NCBI GenBank assembly: GCA_039932335.1
Contig: JBDTQH010000028.1
Span: 3,728 to 67,727, forward strand
Origin: Chloroflexota bacterium
Lineage (GTDB): Bacteria; Chloroflexota; Chloroflexia; QHBQ01; JADMIH01
Direction of reading: 5' to 3'
Length of the DNA: 64,000 nucleotides
The notes beneath the pieces were generated by a model that saw only the letters and a program-made list of their open reading frames with translations, was not told the origin of the DNA and did not search any database. Shown here piece by piece: positions 1 to 9,726 of this stretch. The translations under genes and the position numbers were made by a program. Positions within the stretch are counted from its first letter, which is position 1, and each line of letters opens with the position of its first letter.

Positions 1-869
1 AGGCTGGCGGTAGGGTGGTCGGCCAGCACACGCCTGAGCACTTCCAGCGGCCACCTGTAAGGGAACTCAGCGAATCGGGTGTAGAGCAGGATTACAGGGC
101 CTTCCGAGAGGCCGTGCTGCTGACGTACCAGGGAGAGCAGGCCGTGGCGCTCGGTGGAGAGTGGGAGGGCGCTCCGCGAGTATGCCGACCAGGAGAGATA
201 GCGGTCGCGCCAGACGCCGTTGGGCATGTAGCCGACGCGCCTGCGCGGGATACCCATGTTCCATGCGCGAGCTTCGAGAGTACGGCTGGCGGCGGTGATG
301 GCTCTTGCCATGCGCGGCAGGAGCGACTCCATGAGGGTGACTGCGGCGCGCTCAGGTAGGGAGTATGGGTTGACGTCGGAGAAGCCGCCCGGACCCTCCC
401 AATCGTCCACGTCGAGCACCCACGGAACGCGCAGCGCGCTGAGAGCAAATCCCGCGAGGCCACTGTAGCCGATTGGCTTGAAGACGTGAACCACCTCGGC
501 GCGAAATGTGGTGAGAGTTCGAATAGCACGCCGCTCCATATCGTCCTCAAACGGGGCAGCCGCGCGGGTGGTTGGGCTGAGAGCCTGGCGCACAAGACCG
601 TAGGTGAGCGCGATGCTGTTGGGGAGGCGGCGCGGCAAGCGCAATGCGACAGTGTGCACGCCTGCCACATCCTCTGCGCTGCTTCCAGCCGACAAGACAG
701 CGGCGACACTTGTTTCCTGTGCGGAGCGGGCTGAAGGATCGTCCCACGGTGGGATTACGATGCGCACCATGTGTCCGCGCCGAGCCAGAGCCTCCGCCAT
801 CGGGACCATGCGCGCAGACACGGTGGCCTTTGGTTGCAATCCGAACGGCGCGAGCAGGGCAATACGCAT
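1..869 (-). CDS. Glycosyltransferase family 4 (GT-B) protein, runs off the left edge
   Basis: Not in the ORF track because there is no stop in the window. Manual translation from ATG 869: MRIALLAPFGLQPKATVSARMVPMAEALARRGHMVRIVIPPW...HVFKPIGYSG...WVLDVDDWEG...AITAASRTL...YMPNGV, typical of a GT4 N-terminal domain. TATAAT lies 5 nt upstream of the ATG. Confidence 0.85.
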   Translation of the reverse strand, partial: MRIALLAPFGLQPKATVSARMVPMAEALARRGHMVRIVIPPWDDPSARSAQETSVAAVLSAGSSAEDVAGVHTVALRLPRRLPNSIALTYGLVRQALSPTTRAAAPFEDDMERRAIRTLTTFRAEVVHVFKPIGYSGLAGFALSALRVPWVLDVDDWEGPGGFSDVNPYSLPERAAVTLMESLLPRMARAITAASRTLEARAWNMGIPRRRVGYMPNGVWRDRYLSWSAYSRSALPLSTERHGLLSLVRQQHGLSEGPVILLYTRFAEFPYRWPLEVLRRVLADHPTAS

Positions 870-985
870 GAGGTATTATACCTTGAACGGAGTAGTCAGG
901 GGTCAGTTGTCAGTTGTCAGTAGACGGCGGTGTGGAGTCGGCGGTCAACTGACAACTACGGAGTACGCAGTACGCACCCCGGTCC

Positions 986-1164
986 GTAAGTGTTCAGATT
1001 AGGGTAGTGGGGGTGCAGGGGCAAAGCCCATGACGGGGTATTAGGGGTGTCCCCTAACCCTTCTCTCTTCTTTTTCGACTCCCCTCCCACGCTTGGGAGG
1101 GGCCGGGGGAGGGCCTTGGCTTACCCGAATGTAAGGTTGCTCCACCCCAAGTGTGAACAGTTAC
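986..1164. mobile_element. IS66-like MITE copy A
   Basis: Ends GTAAGTGTTCAGA...TGTGAACAGTTAC; perfect 8-bp direct repeat CCCGGTCC at 978-985 and 1165-1172. Confidence 0.85.
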
Positions 1165-1178
1165 CCCGGTCCTAAGAC

Positions 1179-1208
1179 TTGCGCTCGGAGCGTTATGGCT
1201 GCTACACT
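1179..1208 (+). promoter_or_regulatory. Putative sigma70 promoter of the PQQ-dehydrogenase-SLH gene
   Basis: TTGCGC-N18-TACACT with an extended -10 TG. Confidence 0.45.
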
Positions 1209-1304
1209 GGGCGGAGACTTTTTGCAGCTTCATGTTCTAAAGGGAAACGCTCGCTTCTGCTCGGTATGAGATATGAGGCGGTTACACACCAAGGAGTTTA
1301 GTTG

Positions 1305-3677
1305 ATGACACATAGCCCCAGGTCTTTGGCAACACGTTTGTTCGCGGCGTTCGGTATCTTTTCGTTTGCAGCACTGATATTGCTGGCGATCAGTGCGGTG
1401 CAGGTTTCCGGTGCAACACCGTCTGCTTCTGCGATGCTTGTAGTGCCCACTACTACCGAGAGTCTGCCGCCAGGCGCGGTAATCACCACTGTATTGCCTA
1501 ATATGAACAACCCTATCGCGATGGTGTTCGACCAGAGCGGCAGGCTCTTTTATACGGAGAAGGTAACGGGCAATGTGCGCCTCTTCGCGAACGGCGTGCT
1601 GCAAGCAGTCCCGGTCATCAATTTCAGCGTAAGCTCGTCGAGCGAACGAGGGTTGCTGGGTATCACCCTTGATCCCGACTTTGCCAGTAGCCACTATATT
1701 TATGTCTACTACACGGCATCTTCATCTTCAGAGCCAACGTGCAGCGGCGGTACGGAAAACCGCGTTGTGCGCTTTGTGGAGAATAATGGTGTGGGCAGCA
1801 ATCCCACCAGGATATTCTTCTCATGCCAGAGCGCCGGTAACCACAACGGCGGCAATATTCACTTTGGCCAGGACGGCAAGCTCTACATTTCCGTAGGGGA
1901 TAACGCCAACGCCGCCAACTCGCAGAACGTAGCTGTGACGAACGGCAAGATACACCGCATCAACAGCGATGGCAGCATGCCTGCCGACAATCCGGTCTTT
2001 ACGGGGACGGCTCCTCTCCCTTCTTTATTCGCTAAGGGCGTTCGTAACACGTTTGACTTCGCTATCGACCCACTGACGGCTCCCGCCCCATGGCCACGAA
2101 TATTCGCCAGTGAAAATGGGCCAAATTGTGATGATGAGATGAACCGCATCCAGGGCGGCAATAACTACGGCTGGCGGGCCGGTTACCCGTGTGATGATGC
2201 TAACCCGGACCCACTTTACAATACAATCCCACCGCTCTGGTATCTGCCGAGCAGCCAGTGTTGCCAGGCTCCTACGGGCGTCGAGGTCTATACGGGCACT
2301 CTTGTGCCGACGTGGCAGAACGACCTGTTCATGTGTACCTATAGCAACGGCGCGCTCCGGCACTTCTATCTGAGCGCCGACCGGACTGTGGCTACCAACG
2401 TAGCGACCGTTAGCGGTGTCACCTGCAATATGGATATCGTTACAGGACCGGACGGCGCGTTTTACTACATGGAGGGCGGCGGTTATACGACAGGAATACT
2501 GAAGAAAATAACGGTGCCCGGCGGTGCCACGGCTACGGCCACGACTACGGCTACGGCTACAAATACGCTAATGCCAATGCCTTCGGCCACTAATACAACA
2601 GTGCCTCCGTCGCCGACCGACACAGCCACTACGGCACCTACACAGACGCCGGGAGGCAATACCGCTACGCCCGTACCGACCCAAACAAACACGGTGCAGC
2701 CAACCGACACGGCCGCGCCTGCTACTTCTACGGTTATACCAACCGCTACGGCGTGCACGCTGGAGTTCCAGGATGTGCTGCCCGGCAACACGTTCTACCC
2801 CTTCGTGAAGTGTCTCGCCTGCCAGGGCATCCTGAATGGCTACCCTTGCGGTGGTCCCGGTGAGCCTTGCGTCGGCGGTGGAACGGGCGAGCCTTACTTC
2901 AGGCCGGGTAATAACGTCACGCGCGGGCAGATAGCCAAGATTGTGTCCAATGCGGGCGGCTATGATTTCATGCCGATGGAAGGCACACAGACCTTTGAGG
3001 ATGTTGTGCCAGGCTCAACTTTCTATCTTTATATCGAGCGTCTGGCGTTCTACAACATCATGGCGGGGTATCCTTGCGGCAGTCCGGAGCCGTGTATCGC
3101 ACCTGGCGACAGGCCTTACTTCCGACCCAGCGAAAACGCCACACGCGGGCAGATTGCCAAGATTGTGTCGAATGCAGCGGGCTTCGATGACGATGTGATG
3201 ACACCTGTGCAGACCTTCGAGGATGTGCCGCCGGGAAGCACATTCTATCTCTTTGTAGAGCGGCTGATACTCAACAGGCCGGGCGTTATGTCGGGCTACC
3301 CGTGCGGTGGGGCTACCGAGCCGTGTGTCGGCCCGAATAACAGGCCGTACTTCCGGCCGAACAGCAGCGCCACAAGGGGACAATTGAGCAAGATTGTCAG
3401 CAATACGTTCTTCCCTGACTGTGTCGTGCCTGTGCAGGTGAAGATAGAGGAGTTCGCCTACCACCCCGCGGATATCACTATCCATGTAGGCACAACGGTA
3501 CGCTTTGTCAATCGCGACCTGGACTATCACACGGCAACGGCTGTTGATGCCAGCTTCAATACGGGGCACATCCAGCGGAATCAGTTCGTTGACGTCACAT
3601 TCAACGCGGTAGGCGACCACGAATACTTCTGCGAGCCTCACCCGTATATGCGCGGGTTCGTGCATGTGATTCCGTAA
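1305..3677 (+). CDS. Secreted PQQ-dependent sugar dehydrogenase (GSDH propeller) + Thr/Pro linker + SLH repeats + C-terminal cupredoxin
   Basis: Signal peptide; ERGLLGITLDPDF, NHNGGNIHFGQDGKLYISVGD, GVRNTF, ENGPNCDDEMN, GGNNYGW (GSDH); FRPGNNVTRGQIAKIV-type repeat x3 (SLH); H...YFCEPHPYM type-1 Cu motif. RBS AAGGAG at 1291. Confidence 0.9.
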   Translation: MTHSPRSLATRLFAAFGIFSFAALILLAISAVQVSGATPSASAMLVVPTTTESLPPGAVITTVLPNMNNPIAMVFDQSGRLFYTEKVTGNVRLFANGVLQAVPVINFSVSSSSERGLLGITLDPDFASSHYIYVYYTASSSSEPTCSGGTENRVVRFVENNGVGSNPTRIFFSCQSAGNHNGGNIHFGQDGKLYISVGDNANAANSQNVAVTNGKIHRINSDGSMPADNPVFTGTAPLPSLFAKGVRNTFDFAIDPLTAPAPWPRIFASENGPNCDDEMNRIQGGNNYGWRAGYPCDDANPDPLYNTIPPLWYLPSSQCCQAPTGVEVYTGTLVPTWQNDLFMCTYSNGALRHFYLSADRTVATNVATVSGVTCNMDIVTGPDGAFYYMEGGGYTTGILKKITVPGGATATATTTATATNTLMPMPSATNTTVPPSPTDTATTAPTQTPGGNTATPVPTQTNTVQPTDTAAPATSTVIPTATACTLEFQDVLPGNTFYPFVKCLACQGILNGYPCGGPGEPCVGGGTGEPYFRPGNNVTRGQIAKIVSNAGGYDFMPMEGTQTFEDVVPGSTFYLYIERLAFYNIMAGYPCGSPEPCIAPGDRPYFRPSENATRGQIAKIVSNAAGFDDDVMTPVQTFEDVPPGSTFYLFVERLILNRPGVMSGYPCGGATEPCVGPNNRPYFRPNSSATRGQLSKIVSNTFFPDCVVPVQVKIEEFAYHPADITIHVGTTVRFVNRDLDYHTATAVDASFNTGHIQRNQFVDVTFNAVGDHEYFCEPHPYMRGFVHVIP

Positions 3678-3745
3678 GTAGTTGCCAGTTGTCAGTTGTC
3701 AGTTGTCAGTTGCTAGCGGCGCTTGCTGAGGAGTTGCCACTGTGT

Positions 3746-3787
3746 AAGAATATCTCAATCTTCGTAAGGAGGTTGGGATATTCTTTT
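3746..3787 (+). terminator. Intrinsic terminator
   Basis: AAGAATATCTCAATC...GGTTGGGATATTCTTTT hairpin after the CDS. Confidence 0.7.
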
Positions 3788-3871
3788 CGGTGCTGAAGAG
3801 GAACGGGTGAAGTAGCAACATCCCTTGCACACTGTTACGGCGCAAGCGTCCACTTTCCTCCATGCCATTCT

Positions 3872-4079
3872 GAATACTTCGCTAACAAAGAAGTGTCATA
3901 TACGAGCGCCCCACCGGGCAGTGTCATTCTGAGCGTAGCGAAGAATCTCGCAAAGCAAGATGATGTTCCCTTTATATCAATCCAAGAGAAAAGAATGGGA
4001 CGAGATTCTTCCCTCTGTTCAGAATGACAAAGGGGAGGGGAGGCGGCGGCACTGACATTATTTTGTTAGCGATGCACTC
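3872..4079. mobile_element. MITE family 2 carrying a GTCATTCTGA REP-like palindrome pair
   Basis: Imperfect TIR GAATACTTCGCTAACAAAGAAGTGTCA / TGACATTATTTTGTTAGCGATGCACTC; internal GTCATTCTGAGCGTAGCGAAGAATCT...AGATTCTTCCCTCTGTTCAGAATGAC. Confidence 0.7.
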
Positions 4080-4271
4080 AGAATGACACCACCGTGAGGG
4101 CGCAGGAGACGCAAGCTTGCCGGATACGCAGTGGACTGCATATGGCCGCAGAGCGCAGATCGCGGGGTCAGTTGTCCGTTGTCAGATGCCGCTGGCAGCC
4201 GTGACCGATCTGCCGTCTGCTGCCGTCAACTGACAACTGACAACCACGCAGTACGGAGTACGCACTACGCA

Positions 4272-6143
4272 CTAATCATCGAAGTCGAGGCCAACGATCT
4301 CCATTAGCTTGAGGGCGTTGGTGGAGGTTGCGAGGCCGGGACGCAGCTTGTAATCGAAGGTCATTTGAGGGCCGGTTGCCGAGTCGTGGATGGTTTCCGT
4401 GAAGTGCACCAGGCGGGCGGCCTCGGCTATCTGGGGTATCTCGGCCAACGTGAGGTCGTGGGTAGATACCGCTCCGAGGGCACCCTGCTTGACCAGGTAC
4501 ATTATGACTTGCCTCGCCGCGATTTGCCGTTCAGATGTGTTAGTGCCCTGTAGGATTTCGTCCAGCAGATAGAAGAGGCGCATATCGCCTTTAGAGTGTA
4601 CCGTCCGCGCCGCATCTACCACCTGCTTCAGCCGCTGCAATTCTGCCATAAAGTAGGAGACGCCGCGCGCCAGCGAGTCTTCCACCCTCATGCTCGACCA
4701 GAGGGCAAGAGGCGGCATTTGCATGGTACCGGCACAAACAGGGCCGCCCGCCTGCGCCAGCACTACATTGACGCCCATGGCCCGCAGCAGCGTGCTCTTG
4801 CCCGACATATTGGAGCCTGTAACCAGCAGGAATGTGCCGGGCGGGCCGACTTCTACGCTATTAGTGACGCGCTCATCGCCAAGCAGGGGATGGCCCAGAT
4901 CTACCGCTTGCAAGCGGTCGGCTTCGTGCTCGACCGACGGGAAGGCCCAGTCGGGATTGGCATGGGATAGTCCGCCCAGGGCTGCCAGGGCTTCGGCTTC
5001 GCCCAGAGTTTCCAGCCAGCGGCGGGCATACTTGCCGTTCTCGCGCTGCCAGCGCTCGACCGCGCCCAAAAGGTGGACATCCCAGAGGGTCAGTGCCTGG
5101 ATAGGAAAATATAACTGCGATCCCATAGGGATGCTGAACGTGGTAATGCGGTGCAGCCGCCTGAGCGCGCCATGGGCGGGTACGCCTTCGACCGTGAGGG
5201 CAGATTGCAACCGCGCCATCTCGTGCGATTGAAACTTTGCGTCCGAGAGCAGCTCGAACGAATTGGCATAGTGCTTGAAGCCCTGTTCACCCGCGCTAGC
5301 TTTGGATATGGTTCCGTAGATCTGGCGGCCTGTGGTCATTGCAAAGATGAAGTTGACCGCTGCTACAAGGAACCAGAAGGGATAGTTGATAAGGCCGAAG
5401 AGTTGGGCAAAGGCCAGCGCCCAGAGCAGGAAGACGCTTGCCACTGATGTCCAGGGCAGCCACTTGCGCTGCGCCAGCCAGGGCTTGGATTCGGCCCAGG
5501 AGAGGAAGGGCGCGGGGTCGGGCTTCTCGTCGCCCATAAGCCTGCCGCGCAGAGTTAGCTCATCGCGCAGGTCAATGAGGGGGGCAAGCTCCGTCACGGC
5601 GGATTGGCGGTCGCGCACTCTTTCGGGCGGGGCTGGGGTTTGGAGCCACCTCGCAAGGGTGGACTCGCCCATAAACGTGCCGACGGTCTCCAGAAGGTGC
5701 ATCAGGGATGCCTTGCCGAAGATGTCGAGGTCGCCCGCGTAGGGGTCGCCGGGTTCGGCGCGCACTTTATGGCGAAGGGGCAGGTCGTCCCAGCGCCGCT
5801 CCACACGCATTAGGGCTTCATCGTTCATCTTGAAGAGTTCTTCATCGCGTCTTCGGACACGTCCAACCTGGTTGTGATACCAGACGAGTACGAAGAAGCC
5901 TATGAGGAGAGCGATGCCTGCTACCCAGAGCAGCGTAATCGCTTGCACTAAGCCCCAGATGAGCGCCACCACCGCCGCAAGGAACGTCACGAGGCGGATG
6001 TTGCCGATGCGGTTCCAGCGCTCGGTCTGAAGGTCGAAGTCGCGTTTAAAGCGGGCAGCACGCTCGCGGTAAATCTCGATAGGAGTGGTTCCCGTTGGTC
6101 GGGAAGCCTGCGCTCTCTCGCCGGTTGGTTTTTCAGCAATCAT
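4272..6143 (-). CDS. Membrane-anchored MutS-like ATPase (MutS domain V, no mismatch-binding domain)
   Basis: TM helices; GHPLL, Walker A TGSNMSGKST, DSLARGVSYFMAEL, LLDEILQGTN, STHD. Confidence 0.9.
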   Translation of the reverse strand: MIAEKPTGERAQASRPTGTTPIEIYRERAARFKRDFDLQTERWNRIGNIRLVTFLAAVVALIWGLVQAITLLWVAGIALLIGFFVLVWYHNQVGRVRRRDEELFKMNDEALMRVERRWDDLPLRHKVRAEPGDPYAGDLDIFGKASLMHLLETVGTFMGESTLARWLQTPAPPERVRDRQSAVTELAPLIDLRDELTLRGRLMGDEKPDPAPFLSWAESKPWLAQRKWLPWTSVASVFLLWALAFAQLFGLINYPFWFLVAAVNFIFAMTTGRQIYGTISKASAGEQGFKHYANSFELLSDAKFQSHEMARLQSALTVEGVPAHGALRRLHRITTFSIPMGSQLYFPIQALTLWDVHLLGAVERWQRENGKYARRWLETLGEAEALAALGGLSHANPDWAFPSVEHEADRLQAVDLGHPLLGDERVTNSVEVGPPGTFLLVTGSNMSGKSTLLRAMGVNVVLAQAGGPVCAGTMQMPPLALWSSMRVEDSLARGVSYFMAELQRLKQVVDAARTVHSKGDMRLFYLLDEILQGTNTSERQIAARQVIMYLVKQGALGAVSTHDLTLAEIPQIAEAARLVHFTETIHDSATGPQMTFDYKLRPGLATSTNALKLMEIVGLDFDD

Positions 6144-6202
6144 ACTACCAGTATATCATCCGGGGCGGCGGATGGCAGACGGCAGACGGCGTTGTCAGTT
6201 AT

Positions 6203-6330
6203 ATTACGGATTCACCGCAGAGGCGCAGAGGGCGCTGAGTTACGCAGAGGTCTTTAAGGTTTGACGGGTGCTGTGGCAAGCGAGTATGCGACACATGCCG
6301 TCAGCTAACAACTGACAATGCGGTCGGCGG
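6203..6330 (+). repeat. ~120-bp dispersed repeat R, copy 1
   Basis: ATTACGGATTCACCGCAGAGGCGCAGAG...TAAGGTTTG...GTGCTGTGGC...GAGTATGCG; six copies in the window. Confidence 0.8.
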
Positions 6331-6398
6331 TCTCGGCCAACTGACAACTGACAACTGACAACGGTCGTACGCAGTACGGAGTACGCAATACCACCGCC

Positions 6399-7715
6399 CT
6401 ATGCTTGCTTGACGCGGCGGATGTTGGGCGTGGTGAGGTGGATTGCCAGGCCGACTATGACCATTAGCAGGAGGGTGGCGATGCCTACCTGATAGGAGAA
6501 GTAGCCGTGGACTTTGGGATCGAGCACGAAGAGGATGGTGCCCCAGAGGGCGGGGCCAAGCACCGCCGAGAACTTGCCGGTGAGGTTATAGATGCCCATG
6601 AATTCGCCCAGCTTGGCAGGCGGGCTTAGCTCGACCATCATTGTGCGGGCGGCGGTCCAGGTGCTGCCGAGAGCCACACCTGCCAGGGTGGCGATTACCC
6701 ACTGGAAGATGAACTTATCGGTGGTGAAGATGGCCGCGATGAGCACGATAATCCAGAGGCAGAGGCTGATGACAAGGCTTTGCTTGGAGGTAATGCGGTC
6801 TGTTATGAGACCGAAGAGCCATGATCCTATAACGGCGGTTACGATAGCGGGCGCGAGCACTGTAAACGCGCTGCCAAAGCCGATAACCTGCGTGGCATAT
6901 ACACCCATGGCGATAATTACGGTGTTGAGAGCATCGGAGTAGAAGAAGTTGGCAACGAGAAAGCGCATGAGACCGGGAACCTGCCGGGCATCCTGTATTG
7001 TGCGCCATATCTGGGTGACAGCGTTGCGCCATGATAGCTTTTCGGTGGGTGCTGCGGAGGATGGCTGGGGTTTGCCGCGCTCGCGTACGAAGAAGAAGAT
7101 AGGAAGCGCGAACACCAGGAAGAGGAGAGCAGTTGGGATAAAGGCTGCCTGGCTGTCGGGATTGTCGCTGCCTATCCAGAAGGCAACGACAGCGCCGCCA
7201 AACAGCGCGCCGACGTAACCCAGGCCAACGCCGATGCCGGAGACCTTGCCCCAGTTGAGGGTAGTGCTTACGGTAGGTAGAAGAGCATCGTAGAAGACGA
7301 GGGCGGTCTGGTAGCCTATGCTGGCGAGAATATAGGCGGCTATCACAACCCAAAGTTCGCCTGTGAAGCCCATGACAACGGTCATCGCGATGCAGAGGAA
7401 GGTAAAACCGGCAAGCCAGGGCAGGCGGCGTCCCGCACGGTCGGAGAGCGCACCAAGAAGTGGCATGATGAGAGCGACCAGGAGAAGTGCAAAGGACTGG
7501 GGATAGGCGTAGACAGCGTCGTTTAGCCCTCTGTCCCGAACGATGTACTGCGGGAAATATGTGCTGATTATGTTCAGCGAGAAGATCGTGTTGGCGAAGT
7601 CGTACAAAGCCCACGACCACATGGCGACGGGTGAAACGCGCTCCTCAAGGGCGGGCGCTTCGAGGATGATTGACTGCGGGTTTGCCGGTGACGGGACGGC
7701 AGGAGATGTAGCCAT
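6399..7715 (-). CDS. MFS transporter (UMF1/Atg22-like)
   Basis: WALYDFANT, GALSDRAGRR, FYDALLP, GKVSGIGVGLGYVG, multiple TM helices. Confidence 0.9.
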   Translation of the reverse strand: MATSPAVPSPANPQSIILEAPALEERVSPVAMWSWALYDFANTIFSLNIISTYFPQYIVRDRGLNDAVYAYPQSFALLLVALIMPLLGALSDRAGRRLPWLAGFTFLCIAMTVVMGFTGELWVVIAAYILASIGYQTALVFYDALLPTVSTTLNWGKVSGIGVGLGYVGALFGGAVVAFWIGSDNPDSQAAFIPTALLFLVFALPIFFFVRERGKPQPSSAAPTEKLSWRNAVTQIWRTIQDARQVPGLMRFLVANFFYSDALNTVIIAMGVYATQVIGFGSAFTVLAPAIVTAVIGSWLFGLITDRITSKQSLVISLCLWIIVLIAAIFTTDKFIFQWVIATLAGVALGSTWTAARTMMVELSPPAKLGEFMGIYNLTGKFSAVLGPALWGTILFVLDPKVHGYFSYQVGIATLLLMVIVGLAIHLTTPNIRRVKQA

Positions 7716-7813
7716 TCATAGTCCTCCAGGTGGATTATGTGGGGCGGTATGGAAGGATTATAGCATAGTCGGGGTAGTGCGTACTGCGTAGGGGTTAGGG
7801 ATCAGGGGGCAGG

Positions 7814-7935
7814 ATTACGGATTCACCGCAGAGGCGCGGAGAGCGCTGAGGTTCTTAAGTATGCATTGTGCTGCGGGAAGTGAGTAAGTGGCACAAGCCG
7901 TCTACTGACAACTGACAACTGACAACGCGGTCCGC
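7814..7935 (+). repeat. Dispersed repeat R, copy 2
   Basis: ATTACGGATTCACCGCAGAGGCGCGGAGAGCGCTGAGG...GGGAAGTGAGTAAGTGGCACAAGCCGTC followed by (ACTGACA)n. Confidence 0.8.
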
Positions 7936-7946
7936 GACCATTCAGC

Positions 7947-7986
7947 GAAAGAAGAGCCACCTCCCAAATGAGATGGCCCTTCTTTC
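7947..7986 (-). terminator. Intrinsic terminator after the FAD oxidoreductase
   Basis: GAAAGAAGAGCCACCTC...GAGATGGCCCTTCTTTC inverted repeat. Confidence 0.6.
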
Positions 7987-8011
7987 ATGTTGCCGGGGGT
8001 CGGTGTTGTGA

Positions 8012-9430
8012 TTACTGGCCGGGGAGCATAGGCTCTATGTTGTAGTTTATGTGGAACAGGTTGGTTGGGTCGTATTGCTGCTTTACGGTGGCCAGCCAAT
8101 CATAGTTCGGACCGTAGGCGGCTCGCACGCGCTCGGGGCCTTCGTCGCCCAGAAAGTTCACGTAGACGCCACCGTGTGTGAACGGCTGCAACCTATCGTC
8201 AAAAGCGTTCATCCAGCTTCGCGAAGCGTCTGCTTGGGAGGCATCTTGCCAGATGGGGAGTATGTTGTACAGGAAGCGAGCATCACGGGCGGGGAACGCG
8301 GTTGCATCGGGCGCGACCCGCGACATAGCACCACCCAGGTGCATGATGTGGGTTGCGGAGAAAGGTCGGGGCATCTCGAAGACCGAGTCGACAATGGTGT
8401 CGATAGCCTCATCGCTCAACTCCTGCAAATAACCGGAGCGGATATCGTGCCTCAGGCCTAGCTCACCGCCTGCCTCGCCCATTCCTTGCAGAACGCCGAA
8501 CGGCATGGGAGCGATCATATCCACAAGCGGAGTGCCAAACGCACGGAGCGGAGCAAGCACCTTCTGGCCTTCCTCGATGTCTCCCGCATAGCATACGCCT
8601 GTCATTACAGCGGGTTGACCATGAAGGTGCGCGGGTATCACGGGTATGGGGGGAATGGACACGAACATAAGCGTTGTGGCAAGCTCGTCGGGGGCGTTTG
8701 CCGCAAAATCGCGGTAGAAGCGGAGGAAGTCGGCGGCCTGTGTCATCGGGTGAATTATCATCCCGCCGAGTATCATGCCTGCGGGCTGCAACTTGACTTC
8801 CATGCTCGTGACGATGCCAAAGTTGCCGCCGCCGCCGCGCAGCGCCCAGAACAGGTCGGGGTGCTCGGACGCACTTGCGGTGATGATTTGTCCGTCAGCG
8901 GTGACAACTTCGGCAGACAGCAGGTGGTCGCAGGAGAGGCCGTACATGCGGGTCAGCCAGCCGATGCCGCCGCCAAGCAACACTCCCGCCACGCCTGTCG
9001 CGGGAACCTGGCCGAGCGGCAGCGCAAGCCCGTGAGGGAGAGTGGCCTTGCCAAGTTCTCTGCCGAGCACACCACCCTGCACACGCGCCACGCGAGCAGC
9101 AGGGTCGACCTCGATACCTTTGAGTGCGCTCAGATCGAGCAGCACCCCACCGTCACACGCGCCGTAGCCGGGCAGACTATGCCCGCCCCCACGAACGGCG
9201 AGGGGCAGTTCGTTTTCTCTGGCGAATGTAACGGCTGCTGCTACACCGGTAGCGTCAGCGGGACGAACAATAAGGGCGGGATGCCTGTTTATGTCGGCGT
9301 TCCAAACCAGCCGGGCGGCTTCGTATTCGGCATCACCGGGAGTGTAGACGGCACCATGCAGCTTCTCGCTGAGGGCGCGGATTTCTACAAGAGTTAGTTC
9401 AAACTTCTCTATGGTAATTTGCTCAATCAT
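8012..9430 (-). CDS. FAD-binding oxidoreductase (VAO/berberine-bridge-enzyme family)
   Basis: RGGGHS covalent-FAD motif, DLFWALRGGGGNFGIVT, YVNF, KQQYDPTNLF. Start at ATG 9430 chosen for the AAGGAAG RBS. Confidence 0.92.
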   Translation of the reverse strand: MIEQITIEKFELTLVEIRALSEKLHGAVYTPGDAEYEAARLVWNADINRHPALIVRPADATGVAAAVTFARENELPLAVRGGGHSLPGYGACDGGVLLDLSALKGIEVDPAARVARVQGGVLGRELGKATLPHGLALPLGQVPATGVAGVLLGGGIGWLTRMYGLSCDHLLSAEVVTADGQIITASASEHPDLFWALRGGGGNFGIVTSMEVKLQPAGMILGGMIIHPMTQAADFLRFYRDFAANAPDELATTLMFVSIPPIPVIPAHLHGQPAVMTGVCYAGDIEEGQKVLAPLRAFGTPLVDMIAPMPFGVLQGMGEAGGELGLRHDIRSGYLQELSDEAIDTIVDSVFEMPRPFSATHIMHLGGAMSRVAPDATAFPARDARFLYNILPIWQDASQADASRSWMNAFDDRLQPFTHGGVYVNFLGDEGPERVRAAYGPNYDWLATVKQQYDPTNLFHINYNIEPMLPGQ

Positions 9431-9585
9431 TTGTTTGCTTCCTTTTTGTGAAGGCGTACGCGCGTTGAATATTCCAGGGAAAACGCGCTTAGACGGGGCG
9501 GACACGCTACGGTCTTACAGTGGGATAACACCTTGCGGTGTTTAGTTCAGTCCCGATTATAGCGCCGGGGCAGTGCTGAGCCATG

Positions 9586-9620
9586 CGTCTTTTGGCCCAT
9601 TTGGGTATGGGCCGGATGTC
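9586..9620 (-). promoter_or_regulatory. Putative NarL-type operator upstream of the FAD oxidoreductase promoter
   Basis: CGTCTTTTGGCCCAT-N6-ATGGGCCGGATGTC resembles the 13441-13477 palindrome; minus-strand TATAAT at 9556-9561. Confidence 0.45.
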
Positions 9621-9726
9621 TGAATTCGCAGCACTGACGCAGGATTGGGGCAAACGGATATATGGCCGGAGAACGAGAGAACTCGGTGGGGTGGATCGTT
9701 ATGTTGTCCGGAGATGCGAGTAGGGA

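Noticed and set aside
92-709. 205-aa minus-strand ORF and other ORFs in 1-1000
   Set aside because: These are alternative frames of the GT4 gene that starts at 869 and runs off the edge.
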